Source: Octopus sinensis (Eukaryota). Taken from it: a stretch of 64,000 nucleotides of DNA. A model generated the notes under the pieces. It did no database searches. It was given only the letters and a program-made list of their open reading frames with translations, and was not told the DNA's origin. The position numbers and the translations under genes were made by a program. The stretch is taken from NCBI RefSeq assembly GCF_006345805.1, contig NC_043006.1, forward strand, positions 88,164,001 to 88,228,000. The letters are read 5' to 3'. Positions 12,041 through 24,790 of this stretch are shown piece by piece. The first letter of the stretch is position 1; every line of letters starts with the position of its first letter.

Positions 12041-13214
12041 ATGATCACATACATCCATACATGTACATATATATATATATACACACATGCATACATGTAT
12101 ATCTATATATACATGTATATGTGTGTTATATATAGTCATTAACATCATCATCATTTTAGTGTCCCCGTTTACATGCTGGTATGGGCCAGACAAAACTTAG
12201 TGACTCACATTTTCTATAGTCACATGCCATTCTTGACACCATTTATATGAACAAGAACCCTGTTTTTATGCTGGCACAAACAGTATAAAGTCAAGGTGAA
12301 AATGCAAACATGCACAAACAATCCACACACATATGTACATGCTTATAATTTCTCTGCATAAATGGATCCCGTGCTCAAACCATAGGGCTCCCTCTGCAGA
12401 ACGGAACAGAAACAACTGTCTTCATGTCACAGCCATTTCAAGAGTGGGTGTTTTCGCATTCTACAGAGAGAGGCAGGTTGGGGAAGGGGGGGTAGAAAGA
12501 GAGAGAGAGAGAGAGAAATCAAAGAGTGAGTGTGTATGTAGTATACAGCTACTTATGAAGAGCAATAAGCATGCTTTATAATGTTTTATGTATCATTTGC
12601 AATGAATGAGCACAGATTTACTGAAGGGCTGAAACAGTCTGTATGTGGACATTTAATAAGTGTGTCCCATGCTTACAGGATTGCTGAAAAATCCTTTCAT
12701 TATTATAACATCCCTGCATATGGTTTCTTTGCAACACTACTAGTCCTAGAAACTGTCTTAAATAATATCCTATAACAGATAGATAAAGAAGTGCCAGAAT
12801 ATCAAAACAAAAGGACAGCTATGGAATTAAAAGACCAATAAACAAAATCTTGGGCAGAAATGCTGAAAATTGATATCAAGATGTTGAGCTTCCCAAAGAG
12901 GATGGCACAATATAACAAATGGTGAGATACTCTTTTGGAAAAGACCCATTCAATCCATGGGAATATGGAAAAATGAAGATAAAAATGATGAAGTCTGTCA
13001 GCAGCAGCATTGTATTACGTCCAATTTTAATTCTTGACATGGGTTACACAGGTTATTTTGGCTCTTCTAGATGGGCTTGAAGACTATATCTCTCTTGAAA
13101 GTTTCATTTCTGGTTTAGTTTCTATGTCTGAATGTCTTTTTATATGTTTGAATAATTGGGGGGGGGGGCGTGTGTGTGTGTGCACATGCATGCATGCACA
13201 CTCCTATATTCAGA

Positions 13215-13356
<142 letters not shown>

Positions 13357-13809
13357 ACAAAAATAACAGGAAAAACCAACAATTGGACATACATAGTGAA
13401 TTAATGCACTCATTGAATGTTTTAAATGGTAAAATAGGAGTAGGAATAACGTTTCTTCATCAGATTGAGGAAAAGTCTAGAGAAGTGGGTAAAGGAAGAA
13501 GGAGCAGATAGTCCAGAGAAAAGCATGTATCACTACATGGCCAAAAAATAACTGACTGGAAGCTGGAGAGAGAAATAGAAAATGTGGACTTGGAAGGCAG
13601 AAGAGTTCAAAAATGGTCAGTGTGTGTGTGTTTGTGTGTGTGCATGTTTGTATATTGGTGGGTGTCTGTATGTGTACATATGAGTATGTGTGAAACAGTC
13701 ATTAGACAGATATATATATATATAATATATATATATATGTTAATAAAATAGAACATATGCATATATGTACGTACCTACCTCTACATGTACATATACACGC
13801 ATATATGTG

Positions 13810-14350
13810 TACAGGACACCAAAAAGACGTCGAACACATAGAGAGACGAAAAACATAGACACAAACCAAGGAACAAGACAAGCAAAAAAAGAGATACAGG
13901 ACAATAAGCACAACGAAAAATCCCCTTCTTCAGTCGCTAAGGTTTCATCTACTAAACGTTTCGAAGGATAAAAGCGAGACGTATACTTCGAAGAAAACTT
14001 CCTTCCTGCGAAAAGCAAATCAATTAAAATTCTGAGATCTTTTCGCAGAGGGGTAAAAAAAGCAAGACGGTAACGACAGTACAAACATATAAACAGTAAA
14101 AAATATATATGTAAACAGTGGAAAAATAAATATATAACAGTGAGAGACAGGACAAGGAGAACAAGATAAGAAGGGCTGTTAACGCCAGACGAAAAAAGTA
14201 TTGCAAACGCTGGATTATAGTGGACGACGAGAGAGAAAGAATGTCGACCAGTAGCCTTAGAAGGCGGGTGAGAAAAGACAGGATAGCAGTTACGACGGAA
14301 GTATCGTCGCAGATGGACGACGGGAATGGGGGAGGAGGAGCAAGAGGAAG
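13810..14350. mobile_element. Unclassified CpG-rich interspersed repeat between microsatellites
   Basis: Sharp compositional change (many CpG) bounded by (TA)n on the left and (TA)/(GA)n on the right; no credible ORF. Confidence 0.35.
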
Positions 14351-14714
14351 AGAGATATATATATATATTTATAGAGGCAGACAAGTATATAGACAGAGAG
14401 AGAGAGAGAGAGAGATACATACAAAGTAAGACTAAGCAAAGAACTTAATCACCCCATTTTTATGTAAAAGTGTAGATATAGGGACAACTCATATAGTAAG
14501 TGTATACTAGAAAATACAAGCAGTATAGACGTGTGTGGACAGTGAGTCTTTTCATAGATATAAAAACAACTTTAGAGAAATCTTTTTTTAAGACAGGCTT
14601 TTGAATTTTCCTCCATAGATGAGGATTAGAAGGCACTTTAAAAAATAATCCCAAGTTCTAAAGAAATATTAAAGAATACAATCTTAAACATGCTGGTAAA
14701 TTTATCTACAGAAC

Positions 14715-14872
14715 AATCATGATCATCGTCATTTAACATCTACATTCTATGATGGCATGGGTTAGAGATTTTTACAAGGATATGATGGATCCAAGGATAG
14801 CATCATGCTCCAGTGTCTGCTTGCATGGTTCTTGCAGCTTGATGCCCTTCCTAATGCCAACCAATTTACAAT
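14715..14872 (-). mobile_element. Old RTE-tail SINE/3' fragment
   Basis: gatgcccttcctaatgccaacc and catcgtcatttaacatc match the RTE 3' terminus in reverse orientation. Confidence 0.6.
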
Positions 14873-17800
14873 ATAAAATTCCACAGACTCAAAAGATACA
14901 TCTCAAATTAAACACACAATTGTAGAAGGGGTGAATATCTTATTAAAATCCCTTAAAACAGACCCCATGTATTACATCTTAGTACAAAACTAACAGTAAG
15001 AATGTTTCATAAAAGCACTGGAAAATATGTCTCATCAATGCAAAATCACAAAACTGCAAGCCAGAAACGAACTTTAAATAACCAATTTAATTTACAAATT
15101 GCCAGTTAAATATAAAAGTTATAAACTTCATGACTGAATCCATTAGATCAGAAACATTAGTAGGATATTTGTCTCTAGTTAACCCTGCATTTGTAACAAG
15201 GAACCATTGAGCCATGTTATGATACTGAACACAGAAAAGGAAGCTATAATAGATAGCAAAACACTCATAATCCTGTAAGTAAGAATTCTCCCAAACTAGA
15301 AGATTAGTTGTGGAACCTTTAAGAATAGCAAAACATATAAATCAAAAATTAATACACAAATATAGAACATTAGGAATAAACTGAGAATAGGTACTTCCCA
15401 CTAAAAATAAACCAGACTTACCTGTTAAAAAATTTCATCTAGTAATTATTATTTTATTAGTTACATCATCTGATCCTTACTGCCTACCACAAAATTAAAA
15501 ATATAACATGCTGCTATCATCTGTGTTTTACTAAAAAGATTTAAGCTAAGTCCAGAACAGTTAATGGAATTAGAAGTGTTATTATTCCTAACTAAACATA
15601 AAAGGCTAAAAAGAAATATGAAAAGTCAATAAAGAAAAAATATTTTTCTTGAAGACAGTCATGTCTTCAATAAAATATGTTGAAAAGAAAAACTGTTCTA
15701 TATACAAGTAAATACACATACATACATACATACATACATACATACATACATACATACATACATACATACATACATACATACATACATAGACATATACATG
15801 CATACATGTAACTGGTCTGTCCAAAATGAAAGAGAACTTTCAAAACAGCATGCCATTTAACCAATGCAGCATACTTACAACTGCTATACTGTGTACAGGT
15901 GACCTTGACCTTTAACCTAATAATAGCTACATCAAGCCATTTCAATTAGTCATTGTGTATGTGTGCAACTGTACTTTCCCATTGTGATCATCATCTCTTG
16001 TCATGGAAGTCCATTCAGATTTAGCAATTGATGTTTTTCTCTAATTTGAAACAGAATTCCACAAAAACATGTTACTCTTCCATAAGCTTTATTGTTCAAA
16101 TTGTGACAAGTCTCCAATAGATTTACATGTGTAAATGTGATATACCAGGTACCTTCACCAGAATTCACATTGTTGCATGCACTCAGACCAGGCGTCCAGC
16201 CAGAATATAAGACAGTCTCTTGACATATCAATTATCACTGTAGGGAGGGTGTACTGTTTATCAGAGAATACAGATGGAAAAAGTTTCTCACTCTTTAGAT
16301 AATGCCTCTGATGGCAGCCCTATTCCAGAAAGTACAGGATTTCAAAAGGGCCATTTGTGGTCACTGATATCTAGCTAATCGACTGACAAGGGTCACAGCG
16401 GTGTTTAGATAGAAAGAATTCATGACTCAATGCTTCCCCTTTCCCCACTCAAAACTGGACCAAATAAAGCTACAAAACCTTACATCAGCCATAGCATAGT
16501 TAATTCTGGTGATGTCTCACCAGTCACAGAGAGCCTGAATAGGTCATGGACATAACAGTTTTATCCTCACCATCAAGAACAAAAAAGAAGTACCCTAAAT
16601 TTTTCTTCTCTTTGTTGATACCAGTAATCCCTGTTAGAAGAAAAGTGTTGTTGTTGTGTAACTCCAGATTATTAACTGAGCAGGTATATGGCACATAGAA
16701 AACTAGATATACTCAACAGGTTCATGTGCTGCAAACTAGAAAGAGGAATGTATAAGTTCATGATGCCAAGAACAAGTCTTTCTGCTTGATTTTTAAGATT
16801 AAATATAGAAAGATGTTTGCTTTGTGTTTTTGTGAGTGAAATAATTTCTTCAGCCCCAAAATGTTTTAATTTTAGGCTTATGTTTTCATGTGACTTTACA
16901 GATTTTAGATTTTTCTCTTGTTTTCTAGGTTATGAAAGATCTTGCTTAAACCATGTTTTCTGAATGAAAATAGTTTGTCAATCAAAATGAAATATAATGA
17001 AATATGGAGAAATGTTATGAGAAAATTATTTATGGAAAATGAGAAAATGATATTATAAAGTAATGAAGAGCTAAGCTAGAATTCATCTTGCAAAGCTAGA
17101 TGCATAAATGAAAAGTGGCATGCAGAAAGGGTAAGAAGTATCAAGTTTCATTGAACGGACAAAACTCTAAATAATGCAATCATGAGCGCACACACACACA
17201 TGTATTAAACATAAGCCATGATGTATTAGAAATTATTGACCTGCCAATAACTTTGTACAATTATCCAAGTGATCTATTTGTGTCTAAGCACATACTTTTG
17301 AACATTTTAATAAATAGCCTTTAGTTACTATCATCCATAGTTTGAAAGGCAAAATGTATACAAATGCTTATAAATTGTTAAGTAAAAATAAAACTAGTTG
17401 GCGTGACCTCCATCCCAAACTAGTGAAATGGCCTCATGAGCTTAATTTCAAAGCTCTTACATTTATTTATCAATTCAGGAAATATTTGGGGTATACCAGA
17501 GATAATTAGAAGATGAGACATATGAACAAAAATGTCGCCAGCTGGAGTAGAAGAAAATTATAAAAGAACATGTAGATATGGGTGGGGGAATATATATGAG
17601 TTAAGGGAGATATAGATGGTTAGATTTGTAGAATTAACCTTTTGTTTGCCATGGAATAAACATGTTAAACTGTGAATAATGATTATCAAGATAATGCAAA
17701 TGAAAGCCATGGTGATCATGGCAATGATAATTTAATATAAACATTTAATAGAAGCTATTTACTAGTCAAATAAACAATCAGTGCAAGCTCAGTTGTTTGT

Positions 17801-19399
17801 TAGGCCTGCAAGAATATAATAGCTCTAGCATAAATAAACATTGAATTTTTATTTCCATTATACTCTCAATTTATTAAAGTAAATAACATTTCTGAGGAAG
17901 AAGTATTTCATATATTTCAGGTTTGTTTTCTTTTTAGGAGTGGTGTTTGTAGTGGGGGTTATTGAGATGGGTTTTAAGTTTGTTTATCGTATATTTTACC
18001 CAAATTCAAGACAATCTTGATGATTAACTAAATCACATCAATGAGTTTTGATATTTACATCTTTTTTTCATTGTTTTTTTTTTTTCTATTGAGTTGTTTT
18101 ATATAGATTATAATAAAAATATAACAAGAAGTAATTTCAGAATTTGAATTCATATCAAAAATTAGTTCTGACAAGGACTGAGAGTTGAATAACTTTAAGA
18201 AAAAAATGTAATAATAAACCCTGAAGTGAAGTTGCACATAATAACACTTAATGAAGAGTGTTATTTTATCTCACATTAAAACTTGATTGTTAGATTTTAC
18301 TTGTTTCTTGTAATAATTCTTTATTTTATTTTTTTTTACTTTAATTTGTATTCATTTATCAAACTGTTATGCTTTCTGGCAAATAAAGACATCATTAAAT
18401 TAGACTTGTTTAAATTGAAATGGTTTACATTCACACAGTACACACTTACTGACATGCAGATAGTGGTGGGGATGTTTTGATGCTTATACTTTTATCTTAT
18501 TATTTATTTGATATATCTTTTTATTTTATAATGATTAAATTCTGTTTTACTTAGCTATGTGCTAAAACACACACATATACACTCATAAAGTTTAATATTA
18601 GTTTAAGCTGACATAACCAATATTGTCTTCTTCAATAGGTCTCACAAGGAGGTTATGATAACTGCATAAGGAACATCCTTCACCACTCTAACACTGTTGA
18701 TGATGGATATGGATCATTGAAGCTCAGTACAATTCTGGAACATGTCTACAGTTGTTTCCCATACATTTTAGAAGAATGAAAATATTAGTTACCAAATATT
18801 TCAATAACTCACCTATATTAAACAAGTAAACTATTTTCTTGTAGCACAAAATTTCATCAAGGAAATGGCTTTTCTCATTACTTTCTACTTCTGCTTTAAG
18901 GCAGAACTAAAGAATGATGTAATGGTTTTGAAGGGAATTAAAATTTAAAAGCAAAACCATCAGAAACTAAGCCTATGGGAAAGCATTCCACGAATTTTGG
19001 TTAAGAATCATATCATCATTCTTTCTACCTCTTAAACTGACTGACTGTCTTTGTGCAGGTAAAATGCTTTCTGAAATGCAGTGCCTGATCTCTGATTGCT
19101 TAGAAAGTTCATTTTAAAGGATCTACCAATGCCTTATGAATGAATCTGATAGACAAAAATTGTGTGTGTATGTGTGTAAGTGTTTGTCCTCACCACCACC
19201 ACCACACCACTTGATAAATGTTTTGTTGACATCCCTGTCACTGGCAAAAGAGACTAATGGAATAAGGACCAGACTTTAAAAAATCAGTGCTGGTGTTGAT
19301 TTATTCAACTGTATCCTTCAAGGTTGTACCCCACCATAGTCAGAGTCCATTGACTGAAACAAGTAAAAGATTATCCATTAATAACTTATCTTTCTAATT

Positions 19400-19513
19400 A
19401 ACATTATTTACATTCGATGGATATTTGTTCTCATCTTGTTTGTTGTTAACACAACGTTTTGGCTGATATACCCTCCAGCCTTCTTCGGATGTCTTGGGGA
19501 AAGGTTTTTTCGA

Positions 19514-19547
<34 letters not shown>

Positions 19548-19626
19548 GTTCAGATCACTGCTTGGAATCAAACTTGGATTCTTAGGGTTAGTAGCCTGCG
19601 CTCTTAACCACTACACTATATGCCCA
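19400..19626 (-). mobile_element. tRNA-headed SINE with an (AAT)n spacer and a hammerhead-containing tail
   Basis: Minus strand: A box TAGTGTAGTGG (19608-19618), B box GTTTGATTCC (19564-19573), (AAT)n 19516-19547, then GACAU-CCGAAGA-A-GGCUG/CAGCC-AAAACGUU-GUGUU (19448-19493). Confidence 0.65.
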
Positions 19627-19675
19627 TGGGCATATAGTGTAGTGGCCATTTTCATGACATTTTTTCCGATGGCTG

Positions 19676-19736
19676 GATAACTGAATAGATGGTAGCATGG
19701 ATATCCAACCCGACATCCGAAACCTGGAGTTTTATC
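19676..19736 (+). ncRNA. Degenerate minimal hammerhead-like motif
   Basis: GAUAA-CUGAAUA-GAUG...CAUC-C-GAAAC-CUGGA-GUU-UUAUC; 5-bp stem I; G8 is changed to U. Confidence 0.45.
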
Positions 19737-19769
19737 AAGGCTACCGAATAATTGTCACATATTACATTT

Positions 19770-19813
19770 TATATATATATATATTATATATATATATATA
19801 GATACATATATAC

Positions 19814-19861
<48 letters not shown>

Positions 19862-20064
19862 CATTATACATATATATATATATGTAATATATATATATTA
19901 TATATATATATATACATATATATATGTATATATATATTATATATATATATATATATATAACATATATATATGTATATATATATATGTATTATATATATAT
20001 GTATATATATATATATATATATTAACATATATATCTGTATATATATATTATATTATATATATAC

Positions 20065-20104
<40 letters not shown>

Positions 20105-20109
20105 GTATG

Positions 20110-20171
<62 letters not shown>

Positions 20172-20214
20172 CATATATATATACATATATATATATATAT
20201 ACATATATATATAC

Positions 20215-20261
<47 letters not shown>

Positions 20262-20262
20262 C

Positions 20263-20308
<46 letters not shown>

Positions 20309-20339
20309 TATATATATATATATATATAATATACATATA

Positions 20340-20377
<38 letters not shown>

Positions 20378-20395
20378 TATATGCATATATATACG

Positions 20396-20429
<34 letters not shown>

Positions 20430-20695
20430 TATATGTATATATAGATATATATAATATATATATACATACATATATATTACATATATATATACATAGATAT
20501 ATGTATATATATATATATAATATATATACATTATATATGTATATATATATATATATATATAATACATATATATATATTATATATAATATATATATATATA
20601 CATATATATATGTATATATAATATTATATATATATATACATATATATATGTATATAATATATATATATATATAGAATATATATATATATATATTA

Positions 20696-20744
<49 letters not shown>

Positions 20745-21105
20745 CATATATATGTATATATATATATAATATATATACATATATATATGTATATAATATA
20801 TATATATATATATACATATATATATTATATATTATATATATATAATATATACATATATATACGTATATATAATAATATATATACATATAATACGTATATA
20901 TATAATATATATACATATATATACGTATATATATATATATATATACATATATATAGGTATATATATATATAATATACATATATATACGTATATATATATA
21001 TACTATACATATATATACGTATTATATATATATATATATATATATACATATATATACGTATATATATTATATATATATATATATATTATATATACATATA
21101 TATAC

Positions 21106-21186
<81 letters not shown>

Positions 21187-21230
21187 ATTATATATATACA
21201 TAATATATATATATTAAATATATATATATA
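19770..21230. repeat. About 1.46-kb interrupted (TA)n microsatellite
   Basis: Direct inspection; source of the many poly(YI) ORFs. Confidence 0.95.
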
Positions 21231-21439
21231 TGTTTGTGTGTCTGTGTTGTTCCCCCAACATCACTTGACAACTGATGTTGGTGTGTTTACATTCCCGTAA
21301 CTTAACGGTTTGGCAAAAGAGACTGATAGAATAAATACTAGGCTTACAAAGAATAAGTCCTAGGGTCAATTCGTTTGAGTAAAGGCAGTGCTCCAGCATG
21401 GTCACAGTCAAATGACTGAAACAAGTAAAAGAGTAAGAG
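21231..21439 (+). mobile_element. CORE-type SINE 3' half
   Basis: ggcaaaagagactgatagaataaatactaggcttacaaagaataagtcc...gtgctccagcatgg...gactgaaacaagtaaaagag shared with other copies. Confidence 0.8.
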
Positions 21440-24162
21440 ACCATCAACAATTTACTCAGCATTTGTTGTTTCACTATAAACAGGGAGTCTTATAATACTT
21501 CACCTGTTTGGCTATCTTGTCTTTATTGAGATGATGGTAGCTTATCCTCATACTTGATACAGCGGTACAGCTCAATCCAAATAACAACTGAGACAAAGTG
21601 TTGTTTAACAAAGAGAATCAATCTTTATAGTTATCACGTTCTCAATTAGAATATTACAAAACTGGCAAATTTTTTTGCCTAACTGTGGAAATCTTCTTTC
21701 ACAAAATAAAGTGAAAACCTAAAGCCATGTTTGTCAAATCAAATCACTAATGAATCAAAGTAGTAAAATAAGCTATTAAGTAACTCAGAAAAATCTAATT
21801 TTGCTTTCAGTATATGAGTAAGTTACCCAACTTCTTTAGACACTTACTTATAACAGTTTCAGTTCAACTAACAGTTGCCCCACAACTGACCAGCTGCAAG
21901 CATATTGAATTTTTCAGAGTTAATATATGGTCCTGCTATCATCTCATGCTCTGTAATACTATTATATGCTGGAAAAAAACAAATTATCTATAGTAATAAT
22001 AATATGTTATGTGATTGATAAAATAAAGCTGCTATTGAGCTTCACTTTTCAGACAAGTTGCCTGATCTATTCCTTGTTGCTGTCAACATCAGGCACTGAT
22101 ATTAAAATGATGATGATAATGATCATCATCACCATTTAAACTGACATGATTCAGACAAGAAATAATACCAAAAATATTTAATAAGAATGATACATAAGAT
22201 ATATTAATATAAAGATGGATGCGTGCACACTCACACACACACACCTCACTAGTGTGTATAAAGATATATATCAGTAGACAGAGATGCAATTATATAAAAG
22301 GAGTATATATGCAAGAATGAAGTCCCAGAATTTAATAAGTTTGCATATGATGAGAAGCCACCTCTTCTTACAGCACACTTTCAATAAAACTTATTCAATT
22401 TTACGAACTTTATTAACTGATTTTTGTCAATGCAAACTATCAGTAGGTCTCTAGGACTCTAGATTTTTTTCTTTGCTGTATACAAAAATTCTCTATAAAG
22501 ATATAAAGATAAGTATTAATATGGAAATAAATGACACACCAGGATAATATTCGTTGCAGCATTATACTATTTTAGATTGAAAGATAACAAACCAGATTAT
22601 GAAATCAAACTGACAAGAGAAGTCTAATATGAATAAATATTCTACCAGCAGGAATTAGTGACAACATAAAAATTCAAGTCTAGTTAGTTAAAAACAAGAT
22701 TAAGAGAACCAATGTAGGATCGATGTAAAACATATGAAGATACTCATTCACAAAGACCTTAGATAAAAACTATACATGTTTTAGTATTAGAAAACCAAAT
22801 GCTTAAATTCAAAATATTTTTGATAGTTGCTCTGCTACTAAACAATTAACTTACTGATAGTTATTTCAATAATAAAGATAAAATAAAAATTAAAAAATCC
22901 TGTCAGTATTTAGCAAAACATAACATAAAGCATTTTGTGTATGAACTCATGACTATCTGTTCTAATGCAATTTGTGATGATGAGGAATAGGAAAAAGAAT
23001 GATGATAATGATGACGATGATGATAACAAATGAAACTTCTTGTATGGACGAGAGTGAAAAAAAAAATGTATACTTTGAAACCTGATGCCCAGAAAGCATA
23101 GAAAATATAACATGAATAAAAGAAAATCAGCACAAAATGTCAAAGAATCAGCACCCATTTGAAAAGTGTTTCCTTTAACTGGAAGCTTGATAATCACTCC
23201 TCTAGAACCCAAACCAAAGAAGGAAAACCATCAATGGACAAAAGACTGAATATTTCTATTCGGAATTTATACTGCACAGTACTTTCTTCCAGATAGGGAA
23301 AATATCATAATTCACATACAATGAACGCAATAGAAATACACAGAATATTTATACATCAGTATAAATATGTTATATAAAAATCTACGGAGCTACAAGCTGA
23401 GTATTAAAAAGAAAAATTATTCCCAGCCTTCACAACCTTAACAAATAATAAAATCATCTGAACAAAATATACAGAACTGCACTCATAGCTAAAAAAAAAA
23501 AAATTAAGTATGCAATGTATCAAATCAATAGATTACTTGCAATAGTACACAAGTATATATTATCAAGTTGGGAATGGGGGAATATCACAAGGAGTAGATG
23601 GCAGAAATTTTGTCCCTGGAGTAAAAAGCAAAACCATTCTAAAACAGGAAAGACATGCAAGGATAATTAGATAAAACATAAAACTCCAATTAAATCTCTG
23701 TATGCCTTAAAATGACGTCATGATTGTTTAACAATTCTGAACTAGTTTCTCTAAGCAAATGTTGTACATATAACGTAAGCAACTGTGTATCAGCTGGAGA
23801 AATACATAATTGTACAAACAGATCCACGGAATCAGCCAGAAAGAAAAATGAAACAAATTAAATGATAATCAAAAAATTATATTACTATAGAAATAGAGAA
23901 AAACAATAAATAAATAAACAAACAAAAACCAAAAATTATGCCACATATCTTAGATAAGATTTCAGTGGTAGTGGCCTTCAGCATCATCATCATCATCATC
24001 ATCATCATTTAACGTCCGCTTTCCATGCTAGCATGGGTTGGACGGTTCAACTGGGGTCTGGGGAGCCCGAAAGCTGCACCAGTCCAGTCAGATCTGGCAG
24101 TGTTTCTACAGCTGGATGCCCTTCCTAACGCCAACCACTCCGAGAGTGTAGTGGGTGATTTT

Positions 24163-24790
24163 ATGTGCCACCGACACAGGTGCCAGACGAGGCTGGCAGA
24201 CGGCCACGCTCGGATGGTGTTTTTTATGTGCCACCGACACAGGTGCCAGACGAGGCTGGCAAACGGCCACGCTCGGATCGGATGGTGTTTTTTATGTGCC
24301 ACCGACACAGGTGCCAGACGAGGCTGACAAACGGCCACGCTCGGATGGTGTTTTTTATGTGCCACCGACACAGGTGCCAGACGAGGCTGACAAACGGCCA
24401 CGCTCGGATGGTGTTTTTTATGTGCCACCGACACAGGTGCCAGACGAGGCTGACAAACGGCCACGCTCGGATGGTGTTTTTTATGTGCCACCGACACAGG
24501 TGCCAGACGAGGCTGGCAAACGGCCACGCTCGGATGGTGTTTTTTATGTGCCACCGACACAGGTGCCAGACGAGGCTGGCAGACGGCCACGCTCGGATGG
24601 TGTTTTTATGTGCCACCGACACAGGTGCCAGACGAGGCTGGCAGACGGCCACGCTCGGATGGTGTTTTTATGTGCCACCGACACAGGTGCCAGACGAGGC
24701 TGGCAGACGGCCACGCTCGGATGGTGTTTTTATGTGCCACCGACACAGGTGCCAGATGAGGCTGGCAAACGGCCACGATCGGATGGTGCT
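24163..24790. repeat. Tandem array of about 10 copies of a 62-63-bp unit
   Basis: Unit gtgccaccgacacaggtgccagacgaggctggcaaacggccacgctcggatggtgttttt(t)at. Confidence 0.95.

Noticed and set aside
13920-13995. Hammerhead on the minus strand (CGAAACG and CTGAAGA both present)
   Set aside because: The motifs are in the wrong order for any circular permutation.
18639-18779. Candidate terminal exon (+): VSQGGYDNCIRNILHHS...ILEE*
   Set aside because: Plausible acceptor and 46 open codons, but no recognisable homology or partner exon; needs BLASTX or RNA-seq.
19752-21049. Long ORFs of Y/I/H/T/V/C residues (here and at 13, 32-33, 41, 46-47, 53 and 61 kb)
   Set aside because: Translations of (TA)n/(CA)n microsatellites, which lack stop codons.
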